Assembly: GCA_963762565.1 (NCBI GenBank)
Contig: CAVXLD010000007.1
Coordinates: 599,549-663,548 of the forward strand
Direction: 5' to 3'
Origin: an uncultured Verrucomicrobiae bacterium
Lineage (GTDB): Bacteria; Verrucomicrobiota; Verrucomicrobiia; Chthoniobacterales; JAFAMB01
Length of the DNA: 64,000 bases
Positions 32,119 through 42,148 of this stretch are shown here, piece by piece. The translations under genes were made by a program, and so were the position numbers. Positions within the stretch are counted from its first letter, which is position 1, and each line of letters opens with the position of its first letter. The notes under the pieces are model-generated. The model saw nothing but the letters and a program-made list of their open reading frames with translations. It did no database searches and was not told where the DNA came from.

Positions 32119-33111
32119 CTAATTGCCTAGTGCGGTAGCCGGCTCAACAGTGATATTAGTCGGGGCACCACCCAGCTTAATCGAATCACGAAGCTGAGCT
32201 CCCGTGGTGGCGTCAAACTCGTAAATCGCAGAATCCTGAAAGCTCGCGACATAGAGCGTGTTACCCTTAATCGCGATCCCCCAGGGCTCGTTCACTGGAA
32301 AAAATGGGGCCCCTTTGATGGGCAGCCCCGTGGAAGCGTCGTAGATGTAAACTCCAGGAGCGCTACCGCTGTAGACCGACACGTACAAAGCTGAATTAAC
32401 GCCGAAGATGTTATACTTTAGGGCTAGTCCATAGAGTCCGCCCGTTTGTATCTCAATGAAGTAGGGAACGAGTAACGCCCCGTTGCTCGCAGTGTACGTG
32501 GAGATATAGAAGTTGCCGTTCGAGTTCTGAGCGTTGTTGGTCACATAGAGCACGTTTCCTTTCACCGCGATCGCATAGGGGGCGTTACTCACAGCGGACT
32601 TAATAAACAGGGAGTAACTTTCTCCTTGGGCAATGCCGCCCCCTAGGGCCACGTAGATAGGGCCGGACTGCGACATTCCCGCCGGAACGACTTGGGGGGC
32701 CCTACCGTCGCCCTCCATTAGCGAACTAATCACACTCCCTGTGGCGGCATTGTAGGTGGTAAAAACATAGTAGGCCTCATCATGGAGCAAAGCGTAGACG
32801 TACGCCTTGTTGGGGCAGCAAGCCCACCAGTCGCCAGGAACGTACAGATAATGGCCCGAGACGCGTATTCCACCTGGGCCAGGCCAGCTTTGCACGGCGA
32901 TCAAGTTGAAGCCGGGGAGTGCGGTTCCGTTGGCATAGTATGCGGCGATACTGTCTCCCGCGGTTACTACCCAGACGATGTCTCCGGCCGCTTGAATATT
33001 TGTGGGTACGACACAAAACGCGGCAGCGCCGAAAAGGAAGCTACAGAGGACATGCCGCAGCGGCGGCATCGCTTGTAATAATGCCTTGTTTGTTTTGGTT
33101 CTGCGTTTCAT
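32119..33111 (-). CDS. Secreted beta-propeller protein
   Basis: Signal peptide; repeats PYAIAVKGNVLYV / PWGIAIKGNTLYV / YDASTG. Confidence 0.7.
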   Translation of the reverse strand: MKRRTKTNKALLQAMPPLRHVLCSFLFGAAAFCVVPTNIQAAGDIVWVVTAGDSIAAYYANGTALPGFNLIAVQSWPGPGGIRVSGHYLYVPGDWWACCPNKAYVYALLHDEAYYVFTTYNAATGSVISSLMEGDGRAPQVVPAGMSQSGPIYVALGGGIAQGESYSLFIKSAVSNAPYAIAVKGNVLYVTNNAQNSNGNFYISTYTASNGALLVPYFIEIQTGGLYGLALKYNIFGVNSALYVSVYSGSAPGVYIYDASTGLPIKGAPFFPVNEPWGIAIKGNTLYVASFQDSAIYEFDATTGAQLRDSIKLGGAPTNITVEPATALGN

Positions 33112-33490
33112 GAACTTCTCCAGTGGTGTACCCCGCTCAGTCGGGTTCAAACCCGAAACGGGAGAAGTCATTTCAGCGGATATCCTACGCCCAACCCTGC
33201 GCCGGAATGCCTGGCCGATTCGGGTGGGCCGCAGTTTTTGCGGGCGAACAAGAGTAAGCCACACATGCTGAGATATTTCCATACGCATTTTTACGTATAT
33301 CCCGTGGGACGTCAGCGCCGTCAGACATTGCGGCTTGGGCACGCAATCAGTTTGGATCGATCTTCCAAAACCGACTGGAATGCGGGCAGCCGCCGAACGA
33401 AGGGCATAGGGTCACGTCTTAATAAACAATAAACGTAACGGAGCTTCGAAAGCAGGTTAAATTTGTTTGCTGATCAAATTCTAAGCGGGT

Positions 33491-33697
33491 TCAAACCTTC
33501 GTTCTCATTCCGCACGCCCGGAGCAAACACCACCCACGTAACGCTTCATAGAACGTAAATAGTGCAGATGCGAACAGGAGCAGACTTAAGCGGCGCGATA
33601 AACGAATAGAAATAAGGGCCGCAGCCCAGAGAATGAAGGCTATGAGCGCTCGAACCACGCGCCCTTCGATCTGTAAATTAGGAGCAAGAAACCTCAT
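33491..33697 (-). CDS. DUF2892/YgaP-like small membrane protein
   Basis: Two TM segments; EALRGWCLLRACGMRTK. Confidence 0.7.
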   Translation of the reverse strand: MRFLAPNLQIEGRVVRALIAFILWAAALISIRLSRRLSLLLFASALFTFYEALRGWCLLRACGMRTKV

Positions 33698-33954
33698 GTC
33701 TTAAGGAGGCAGGTCGAGAGGGTCACATTTAAAGAGCGTGTTGGAAGAGCGTGTTGCCCAATTCCATTCGCACAATACGGAAAGATCACAAAGGACACAA
33801 AGACAGAAGACGAGGCAATTCAATAAGCTGAGGAAATGACCCGCGGCGACGCCCTGGTTCGGCTGTCATGAAATGCGGTCCTCTAAACCTCGCCACACTT
33901 GTTACTCTCACTTCGACAACGCTGGCGCTAGTCTCAGAACGACACGAATAAACT

Positions 33955-34374
33955 ATGAGCACTACAACTCCTTTCACCGGTGGATGCGCATGTGGCGCGA
34001 TTCGTTTTCAATCCGTTGCCACGCCGATTGCGATGCTTCACTGTCACTGTCGCGATTGCCAGCGAGCCGCTGGGGGCCCGTTTTCGTCTTTCGTCATCGT
34101 ACCTGCGAAAGCTTTCGAGCTCTTGCAGGGCTCGCCCCGCTTTCATGCGTCGCCTAGCGAACAGGGCGGAATGACCCGCCGAGGCTTTTGCCCTGATTGC
34201 GGCGCACCGGTCATGGTCAAGCCCGATGCCGTTCCCCAATTTGTGGCGATCAGAACCGCCAGCCTGGATGATCCGAGCTGGTTCAAACCCCAAATGAACG
34301 TGTGGACATGTGACGCGCACCCCTGGGACGACATGAATCCAGCGCTGCCGAAGTTTGAAAAGTATCCTCAATAG
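33955..34374 (+). CDS. GFA (CENP-V) family protein
   Basis: GGCACGAIR, CHCRDCQR and FCPDCG motifs. Confidence 0.92.
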   Translation: MSTTTPFTGGCACGAIRFQSVATPIAMLHCHCRDCQRAAGGPFSSFVIVPAKAFELLQGSPRFHASPSEQGGMTRRGFCPDCGAPVMVKPDAVPQFVAIRTASLDDPSWFKPQMNVWTCDAHPWDDMNPALPKFEKYPQ

Positions 34375-34617
34375 CGAAGCAGTAGAACGTCCGGAAGGGC
34401 GCGAATCTCAAGGGTCACTTCTTAAAAAAACGTGGCCCTAATTCTGTCCTCTCTTAAAACCTCAAATCACAATACGGAAAGATCACAAGGGCCACAAAGA
34501 CGGAGGTTATTTTACAGAAGGTATAACCGTTAACAAAATCGATTTCATAGCGGAAAGCCAATGTACCTCGCAAGTTGTGCGCAGAGGCGGTCTGGATAGC
34601 CCAACGATTCGCGGGCA

Positions 34618-34860
34618 CTACGCTTGCCGCTTAAGGAAATCCTGAATCTTGGCGACGGTTTCTTTGCGGCCCAGTGTTCTTCCAGTCATCCAATTGCGGA
34701 GCGCAGTGGGTGTGGTTTGCAGTTCTCTTGCCAAGTCAATCCTACTCATTCCTATCCGAATCCGTAGCACTTCAACCTTCTGCATCAGCGTCGCGAATTT
34801 CCTCCGCTCTTCATCCCTGCGACCTGGTCTCCGCCAAAAATACGAGTGCCCCTGAGCCAT
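34618..34860 (-). CDS. XRE/Cro family HTH protein
   Basis: LRIRIGMSRIDLARELQTTPTALRNWMTG. Confidence 0.75.
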   Translation of the reverse strand: MAQGHSYFWRRPGRRDEERRKFATLMQKVEVLRIRIGMSRIDLARELQTTPTALRNWMTGRTLGRKETVAKIQDFLKRQA

Positions 34861-34871
34861 TGGTTGACGAA

Positions 34872-35018
34872 AATCAAGAAATGACCGGCGGATAGGTTCC
34901 TGCTCACCTTATCCGCCGGTCTCTTTTTGGGTGGACAGGGCTTCTGCCAGACCTATGGCTCCGTTCATTAGAGCCTGCAATTACACCTCAGCACTAACGG
35001 ACTAGTGCTTTGAGGCTA
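34872..35018 (-). ncRNA. Candidate structured non-coding element, copy 1
   Basis: Three hairpins shared with 35535-35672; no known family recognised. Confidence 0.4.
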
Positions 35019-35029
35019 CCCTCCACTGC

Positions 35030-35470
35030 TCAACTGGACGGTTCCGTTTCGCTCTCAGAGTCTGGATCTGGTTGGGCTCTGTGTTCCGGCAAGATGTGAA
35101 GCTCCTGCAACTGATTCAGGCGATCTCGCAATTGCGTATCGCTAAGACCCAGACTTCCTCGCCCGCGGCCCAGGTGATGCATTGCTTGAAGACCGTCTCG
35201 CGATAGCTCATGTTTGCCGGCTAGTTTTTCGAGTTCTGCAAATTCACTTTCCATGCGACCGATTTTGGACCGGCACTGTACGACAAGGTCTACCAGCGCA
35301 CGGACCAGAAAATCACTCTCGGCCCGGAACCGCTTCCTTTCACCCTCGTATGGTATCCGCTGATCGCCGAAGATCTCGAGGACCTGCCGGATCTCTTGCA
35401 GCACCTGCCAAGCAAGGCGACGGCTTTGCTCGCTGGTTCGCAGGCGTTCGTAGATGTCCACAGTGTTCAC
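35030..35470 (-). CDS. Hypothetical helical protein (paralogues at 36.3 kb and 40.7 kb)
   Basis: 146 aa; paralogous DNA at about 36290-36637. Confidence 0.65.
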   Translation of the reverse strand: MNTVDIYERLRTSEQSRRLAWQVLQEIRQVLEIFGDQRIPYEGERKRFRAESDFLVRALVDLVVQCRSKIGRMESEFAELEKLAGKHELSRDGLQAMHHLGRGRGSLGLSDTQLRDRLNQLQELHILPEHRAQPDPDSESETEPSS

Positions 35471-35534
35471 TGGAACATGTCTCTCCCCCGGTCAATGATC
35501 GGCTCTTACAACCAATATTCGCCTCGGCGAAAGC

Positions 35535-35672
35535 AATCAAGAAATGACCGGCGGATAGGCTTGGCGCTTATCCGCCGGTCGTCCACTCTGGCTAACTCGG
35601 TTGCATTTATGGCTCCGTTCATTAGAACCTGCAATTGCACTTGAGCACTAACGGACTAGTGCTTTGAGGCTA
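35535..35672 (-). ncRNA. Candidate structured non-coding element, copy 2
   Basis: Conserved stems with a different loop and a different 27-32 nt middle segment relative to copy 1. Confidence 0.4.
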
Positions 35673-35946
35673 TGGCCGCTGAACGGCATCGCGGGTACTC
35701 TCGAAAGGACACAAGTGAGCATTCGCAGGCTGGTAATGACGCAGGTACTCGAAGTGAATGATGACGAGATGACAATTCAGATCAGCATCTTGCGTTCTGA
35801 AGATGCGATCATTTCCCGGGAAGTAAGACCACAACCTTGCTCACCGGGGAATCCTGGGAAGCTGAAAGCCGCAAGGTTCACGAACTGCTTTGCCAGCGTG
35901 TGGTAGAGGCGACTAGGTGCGAATAAGGCAAAGAGAGGTGGACGCT

Positions 35947-36273
35947 ATGGGAAATCCTATAACCTCATCACGCAACTTTACGCGCGAACAGGCAATGGTT
36001 TATCGCAGGATAGAGCGCTTTCGGATCGCTCAAGATTTTCATGATCGAGTAGCTCCTGAGCTTTCAGTTGCGATCTTCCAGCTTAACCAAATTCAAATGG
36101 ATTTGGAGTCCAGGAGCTTGCCCGAGAGTGCAGAACTTCAAAAAGTCGCCGACCGAATTAGCGCAGCGATTCACGAATTTTTGGCTGTGCTTGACCCAGA
36201 GAGCGGGGAAGTTCAGCAACCAGCAAACGCGCCCCTAATCCCAGCGGTGCCCGACCCGGCACTAACGGACTAG
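35947..36273 (+). CDS. Stand-alone HisKA_3-like dimerisation/phosphoacceptor domain protein
   Basis: ERFRIAQDFHD resembles the ERxRIARELHD H-box; no ATPase domain. Confidence 0.6.
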   Translation: MGNPITSSRNFTREQAMVYRRIERFRIAQDFHDRVAPELSVAIFQLNQIQMDLESRSLPESAELQKVADRISAAIHEFLAVLDPESGEVQQPANAPLIPAVPDPALTD

Positions 36274-36289
36274 TGCTTTGTGGCTAGCC

Positions 36290-36637
36290 TCCACTGCTCA
36301 ACCGGTCGGTTCCGTTTCGCTTTCAGGGTCTGGATCTGATTGGGCTCTGTGTTTCGGCAGATGTGAAGCTCTTGCAACTGATTCAGGCGATCCCGCAATT
36401 GCGTATCGTTAAGGCCAAGGCTTCCTTGCCGGCGGCCTAGATGATGCATTGCTTGAAGAACGTCTCGCGATAATTCGTGTTCGCCGGCTAATTTATCGAG
36501 TTCTGCGAATTCACTTTCCAGGTGGCCGATTTTGGACCGGCAGTGTACAACAAGGTCCACCAGCGCACGGACCAGAAAATCACCCTCCGCACGGAACCGC
36601 TTCCTTTCACCCTCGTATGGTATCCGCTGATCGGCGA
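36290..36637 (-). pseudogene. 5'-truncated paralogue of 35030-35470
   Basis: DLVVHCRSKIGHLESEFAELDKLAGEHELSRD; homology stops just before the repeat at 36662. Confidence 0.7.
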
Positions 36638-36661
36638 TCTACGTAAAAGTTTCGGACAGAC

Positions 36662-36848
36662 GGGGTCAGTCAACAAATTCTGACAGTTCGACTTCGTGTT
36701 TCGTGCTCAGCGAGCAAGGTCTCCGTCTTGATCCGGTCGAGGTCAGTTCTCAGCATTCCGCAATCGGCATCGCCGCCTAAAACGCCGGCGTACCCCGATC
36801 ACGTAATCGGGATCCGAAGGATTCTGTCAGAGTTTGTTGACGGACCCC
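36662..36848. repeat. GGGGTCAGTCAA-family inverted-repeat element
   Basis: GGGGTCAGTCAACAAATTCTGACAG 36662-36686 / CTGTCAGAGTTTGTTGACGGACCCC 36824-36848. Confidence 0.8.
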
Positions 36849-37354
36849 TTTCACGGGACAATGTGGAGTGCGGTGGATGGTGCCCGAAGGGTCGGAAGTC
36901 AGAAGATGGGCGGATTGATCCGAAGGCAAAAGTTCAAAGGGTCACGTCTCAACTCCCGCTCGCTCTTGATATCGTCCAAGAACAACCTCGTTAGCCTCTT
37001 CTTAGACCGTCCCTCGCTGCTTTTTGCCAGCTAACTGCCAGATTGGTTAACAAAACCCACCCACAAAGATCCACCTAACCTTCGACCTATTGGGCAACAG
37101 CCCGTTAAATAAGCAACATTCTCTTGGAGTGCTACCCTGATGCGGCAAGATTCTAGGTCGCGCAATAATGGTTTCGCGAAAGGTGCTCGTGCCGGTTCCT
37201 CTTTCTCTGTGCAGGTGTGACGCACAGAACGCGAAGCGTTGGTTTCCAGGCAAGGAGTAGCGGGCGTCGCCGGTGCGTTTTCAGCGTTCCGAAACAGCCA
37301 TTTGCCAATCCGACCCCGACAGCCTAAAGTCGACCCTCAACGAAAACCTCTCGA

Positions 37355-37427
<73 letters not shown>

Positions 37428-37619
37428 CTTTTACAGAAGGTGAAAGGTGATTGGTGAAAAGTGAAAGGTGGGGCTTCGCCTTTCCGAGCTCGCCATAACA
37501 GACGGATCAGTGCGTCAGGGAGCCTACCAGTCCGGTGCGTAAAGATTTTATCCGAGGGTAGCTTCTCGTTCGCTCCAGGATTTTCGCCTTTCGTGGTCTG
37601 ACAAGAAAATGGCATATCT

Positions 37620-38888
37620 GTGGCGATGAATTGCCGGCATCTATTGGTCTGTGTTTTGAGCATGATCGATGTCCTCGCAGCCTTCGCCCAGCAAACAGCG
37701 AAAGACTTTGACAGAAGTGGCCTCGCTAAGCAGCGCAACGGCGACTACCAGGGCGCAATAGCCGACTATTCCCGGGCGATCGAGCTCAATCCGAAATACG
37801 CTATCGCTTACAAGGACCGAGCCTCAGCTAAGGGGCTGGCCGGCGACGATGAAGGCGCACTCGCGGACTGCAACAAAGCGATCGAACTCAATCCCAGGTA
37901 TGCCCTCGCTTACGCCAACAGAGGAGGCGCTAAAGGAGAGGAAGGAGATCTGGACGGGGGTGAGGCTGACTGTAACCGGGCTCTTGAACTAGATCCAAAC
38001 TGTGCGCTTGCCTACGATAACCGAGGTACCATTAAGTCCAGGAAAGACGATCTCGACGGCGCCATAGCGGATTATGACCAGGCGATCAAGCTTTCGCCGA
38101 AGAATGCGTTTACCTATAACAATCGAGGAGCTGTGAAGGAGAGCAAAGGCGAGTACCACGATGCGATCGTCGATTTTAACGAGGCCATCCAACTGGACCC
38201 GAAATTCGCAATTGCGTATGTCAACCGGGCCGGAGCCACGATGCGCAAGGGCAACTACGACGATGCCGTCGCCGATTGTAACCGGGCCATTGAGCTCGAT
38301 CCGAAGAAGGCGGCTGCTTATCTCCGGCGTGGGTGGATCAAAACGTTAGAAGGCGACTTTGGTGGTGCGGCTCACGATTATAACGAGGCGATCGTGCTGC
38401 CTTCCAAGCTAAGTAGCCTCTTGTTCGATAATCGGGCGCTCATTAAAGAGCTTCAGAAAGACTATCGCGGTGCGTTAGACGATCTTAATCGCTCCGATCT
38501 CCTGGCCAAGGATCCGAAGGAGCACGACTATGCTCATTTGCGCATTTGGGTTCTTCAGACCCACCAAGGCCAAACGGCCAAAGCTGATCAGCATCTGTCT
38601 GATTACTTAAAAACGCGCTCGGATGGAGGCTCACAAGATTTCCCTTTTCGGGTTGGCGAGTTCTTGCTCGGAAGAGTGCCGGAGTCTGAGCTGATTGCTA
38701 GCGCTGTTTCTGCAAACTCGAAACAAGATCAAGAGCTGCGTTGTAGGGCTTGGTATTATGCAGGGATCAAGCGTCAGTTTGCAGGAGAACAGAAAATGGC
38801 GGCGGAGTATTTCGGCAAATGCATAGCGACCAACGGAATCGAGTTTGATGAATACGTTCTCGCCAAGCGACTGCAAAGTCAGCAGTGA
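37620..38888 (+). CDS. Tetratricopeptide repeat protein (NlpI-like C-terminus)
   Basis: Many AIADYxxAIELNP..AYxNRG repeats; signal-like N-terminus. Confidence 0.92.
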   Translation: MAMNCRHLLVCVLSMIDVLAAFAQQTAKDFDRSGLAKQRNGDYQGAIADYSRAIELNPKYAIAYKDRASAKGLAGDDEGALADCNKAIELNPRYALAYANRGGAKGEEGDLDGGEADCNRALELDPNCALAYDNRGTIKSRKDDLDGAIADYDQAIKLSPKNAFTYNNRGAVKESKGEYHDAIVDFNEAIQLDPKFAIAYVNRAGATMRKGNYDDAVADCNRAIELDPKKAAAYLRRGWIKTLEGDFGGAAHDYNEAIVLPSKLSSLLFDNRALIKELQKDYRGALDDLNRSDLLAKDPKEHDYAHLRIWVLQTHQGQTAKADQHLSDYLKTRSDGGSQDFPFRVGEFLLGRVPESELIASAVSANSKQDQELRCRAWYYAGIKRQFAGEQKMAAEYFGKCIATNGIEFDEYVLAKRLQSQQ

Positions 38889-39023
38889 GCAGTAAGCGGT
38901 AAGCAGTAAGCAGTATTCAGTAAGCAGCAATCAGTGTGTCAGTAATCAGTTCGGAGGCGGCAGTGCCGTCGAAAACGGTCAGTACTGCTCACTGCTCACC
39001 GCTGACTGCTTACTGCTCACCGC
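38881..39023. repeat. GCAGTAA heptamer inverted tandem repeat between convergent genes
   Basis: AGCAGTGAGCAGTAAGCGGTAAGCAGT... / ...ACTGCTTACTGCTCACCGCT; same family at about 42015-42121. Confidence 0.85.
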
Positions 39024-39731
39024 TCAGCGGGCGAGGAACCCTATGACTCCGCCGACCGTGTCTTCTAGGGCATGAGCGAGCATCCCGGGACGGAGGCTGC
39101 GGCGCCAGCGTGCGAATAAGCCGAAACAGATGCCGTAGACGGAGATTAGCAACATCAGTTTCCAGCCCTGATAGCCGTGGCTAAGGCCGAACAGGACGGC
39201 TTGGAGGACAATTCCGCCCACTAGAGAGCGAGTGAGCGCGGAAAATTGCCGCAGCAAATATCCGCGAAAAATCACTTCTTCGCAGAAGCCTGCGGTGAGC
39301 GCCATCAGGACCCAAAGAATCATTTCAGACCAATTTTGCGGCATCATGGCAGACATGGCCTTTGGGGTCTCGGGTTGGAGCAGATAGGAGAGTCCTTGCA
39401 AGAGCGCGAAGCCGAAGACAAGGAGAAACGCGATACCGAGGCCGAGGTCTCGCAGGAAATACAGCGGACGCGCCCAGCTTCCCCCGACGAGATCCGACAG
39501 TCGGATGCCCCGCCGGCTCAGTCCCCACCAGATAAACGCAACCATGAGCCATTCCATCAGGATGACGATCGAGTAGGTGATGAAATGACTCTGGGCCAAG
39601 TCGAGGTGGGAGCTGATGAAAGAAATGCCGAGCAGCCAGACCAGCAGGACAACGGTGTGCCAGGTCGGTGCGATGCTGGAGTGAGACGATTCCGAGACGG
39701 GAGCTGCGGAGGGTGCTATTGAGGGACTCAT
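39024..39731 (-). CDS. CPBP (CAAX/Abi) intramembrane metalloprotease
   Basis: AGFCEEVIFRGYL, FGLSHGYQG and GMLAHA motifs. Confidence 0.9.
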   Translation of the reverse strand: MSPSIAPSAAPVSESSHSSIAPTWHTVVLLVWLLGISFISSHLDLAQSHFITYSIVILMEWLMVAFIWWGLSRRGIRLSDLVGGSWARPLYFLRDLGLGIAFLLVFGFALLQGLSYLLQPETPKAMSAMMPQNWSEMILWVLMALTAGFCEEVIFRGYLLRQFSALTRSLVGGIVLQAVLFGLSHGYQGWKLMLLISVYGICFGLFARWRRSLRPGMLAHALEDTVGGVIGFLAR

Positions 39732-39907
39732 GATGATGCGTGTTTTGCTTTTTCTGTTATATCGAAAAAAAGATCCCGTATCCAGAGCCACGTAAGGGCG
39801 TGAAAAGTGATTGGTGAGAAGTGAGAGGTGAGAAGTGATTGGTGGGGCTGCGGTCCTCCGGGGGTTCCGCGAGGATGGTGCAATCGGTCTCTACTCTCTG
39901 TGGTTCG

Positions 39908-40345
39908 TTAGGACGGAGAATATTGATCGAACTTGGCGCTATCGGGGCTTAGCCGATCCCAAGGTTCAGCGTCGGCGACGAAGAGGTCGGCTGACTCGGA
40001 AAACCAACTGGGGTCGTCGAGGCTGCCGGCCAGGACCCCTATGATTGGCGATGGTCGATCAGGTGATTGTCCACCCGTGATGCGGCAACCGCATTCCGGA
40101 CAGAACCCGCGTTTGTGTTTACCACCCGCTAGACTGTCCGTGAAATGATAGCGGAGCTCACCCTTCGTGATTTTGAATGCGTCGATCAAAAATACAACCG
40201 CCGGTGCATATGGCCCGCCAGTGATATGCTGGCAGTCACGGCAATGGCATTTTATCATGGCCAATGGCTGCGCGCTGCTCTCGTACCGAATGTTTCCACA
40301 ATAACAACCGCCGGTGATGGGTAGCGTAATGGGGGACGAACTCAT
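39908..40345 (-). CDS. GFA family protein
   Basis: GGCYCG, CHCRDCQ and FCPECG motifs. Confidence 0.92.
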   Translation of the reverse strand: MSSSPITLPITGGCYCGNIRYESSAQPLAMIKCHCRDCQHITGGPYAPAVVFLIDAFKITKGELRYHFTDSLAGGKHKRGFCPECGCRITGGQSPDRPSPIIGVLAGSLDDPSWFSESADLFVADAEPWDRLSPDSAKFDQYSPS

Positions 40346-40706
40346 CCGGCCATATAAACTGGGTCGGGAAGAGCTTCTAGCGGTTTCCGGAATCGTCCTC
40401 CCGCCTCAGCCAAGCCTACGGCGTGGCGGGCCGTCCTCGTGCTCGAAAAGGCGACGCAACAGATCAGATGTGTCGCGATCCAAGACTCGGTCCGCCGAGC
40501 TTCGTTTTTCGTTGTGGGAGTCTGTCCGCGAAATGGCCTTTAAACGGTTTTTCGAGCACCAGAAAAAGGCAGATTATTGCTTTTGTTTGCCTGGCCATGA
40601 ATCCGGATGTAAACGACTTCGGGTTTTCTTGTCGACTAAATTGCGGGCTGCTAAAGAGAACCATAAGCTGCTTGTAATATGTTCCTATGAACACTACGCT
40701 CGACTT

Positions 40707-41039
40707 GTGTCTGAGACCGAGATCAGAGCATTGAAGGGTGAGCTCGAACGATCCAAAGCAGCCCGGTTGCGGGCCTGGTCCGTGTTGCAAGGCCTGCGAG
40801 ATACTCTGCAAGCCGCCGGAGTTATTATCCCACCAGTGGCTGAAAAAAGTTTTGCCCGAGAAGGCGAATTCTTAGAACGCGCATTGAAGAAAGCATTGCT
40901 GGATCGGGAGGAAGCGCTTCTCGATCTGGCTAAAGCGGCGCGCTGGGTCGACCGATCCGCTTTCGGAAAGGAATCGGACTTCGCCCAGGCGCATCAAGCC
41001 TTGCTCATCGCGCTGGAGAAAGCCGGCCGCTTCGTATAG
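40707..41039 (+). CDS. Hypothetical helical protein, distant paralogue of 35030-35470
   Basis: LERSKAARLRAWSVLQGLRDTL vs LRTSEQSRRLAWQVLQEIRQVL; KSFAREGEFLERAL vs KRFRAESDFLVRAL. Confidence 0.6.
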   Translation: MSETEIRALKGELERSKAARLRAWSVLQGLRDTLQAAGVIIPPVAEKSFAREGEFLERALKKALLDREEALLDLAKAARWVDRSAFGKESDFAQAHQALLIALEKAGRFV

Positions 41040-41298
41040 CGGAACGCGAAGACGGAAAGCCGAACCGCAGATTGACGCAGATTGGCTTTAAGTATCTGAT
41101 CGCCCCTCTGAGCAAAGGCGCGGTATAGCGGGAATACTGTTTAACATGCAGTTGAAGTCGCAACTCAAAGCGTAATCTGCGTTAATCTGCGTAATCTGCG
41201 GATATTGTATCTTTGTCTGCTTTCATCTGCGGTTCGGCTTTCTTCGCCGTATCTTCGTGTCCTTTGTGTCTTTGTGGTGAAGATTCCGGGTACCTCCC

Positions 41299-41979
41299 AT
41301 GAACCGACCAAAGATGCTCTACTTTGACGTGAACGAAACGTTGTTGGACCTGAACGCGATGAGAACGGTGATCGGGGATGCATTGGGGTCGCGCCCCGAT
41401 TTATTGCCGCTGTGGTTCACCACCATGCTTCACAACTCGTTGGTAGTGACATTGACCGATCAATACAAAGATTTCGGTGAGCTCGGAGTAGCCGCGTTGC
41501 TGATGGTAGCCCGAAACCACGGAGTCACTCTATCGCCGGAGACAGCCAAACAAGCTGTATCCGTTATTCGGTCCTTACCTGCCCATCCAGATGTTCGTCC
41601 AGCCTTAGAGGAGTTAAAAGGCGAGGGGTTTCGCATGGTGACGTTAACCAATTCTTCCCAGGCCGCAGTTGATGCTCAGATGCAGAATGCTGGTCTGACT
41701 GACCTTTTCGAGAGGCGTTTAAGCGTGGAAGAAACGCAACTTTTCAAACCGCACAGCCATGTCTACAGGTGGGCGGCACGCAAACTAGGGTTCGCACCCG
41801 AGGACTGTATGTTAGTAGCCGCCCACGGATGGGATGTCGCCGGAGCGATCTGGGCGGGTTGCCGCGCCGCTTTTATTTCCCGGCCCGGAGCCCAACTTTT
41901 TCCGTTAGCACCGGAACCGGAAATCGTGGAGCCAGATCTGCGCGCAGCGGCCAAGCGGCTCGTTGCGTTGGAGAAATAG
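41299..41979 (+). CDS. Haloacid dehalogenase type II
   Basis: YFDVNETLLD, TLTNS, FKP and VAAHGWDVAGA motifs. Confidence 0.92.
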   Translation: MNRPKMLYFDVNETLLDLNAMRTVIGDALGSRPDLLPLWFTTMLHNSLVVTLTDQYKDFGELGVAALLMVARNHGVTLSPETAKQAVSVIRSLPAHPDVRPALEELKGEGFRMVTLTNSSQAAVDAQMQNAGLTDLFERRLSVEETQLFKPHSHVYRWAARKLGFAPEDCMLVAAHGWDVAGAIWAGCRAAFISRPGAQLFPLAPEPEIVEPDLRAAAKRLVALEK

Positions 41980-42148
41980 TAATGCCGGGAAAATGAGGTT
42001 AGAGGGGTGGCGCGGAAGCAGTAAGCAGAAAGCAGTAAGCGGTAAGCAGATTGGAAACCGGCGATGCCGGTTGCTACGTGAATCTGACTACTGCTGACTG
42101 CTCACTGCTTACCGCTTACTGTTCGTGCCACCTCGCTGAGCTGCCGAG

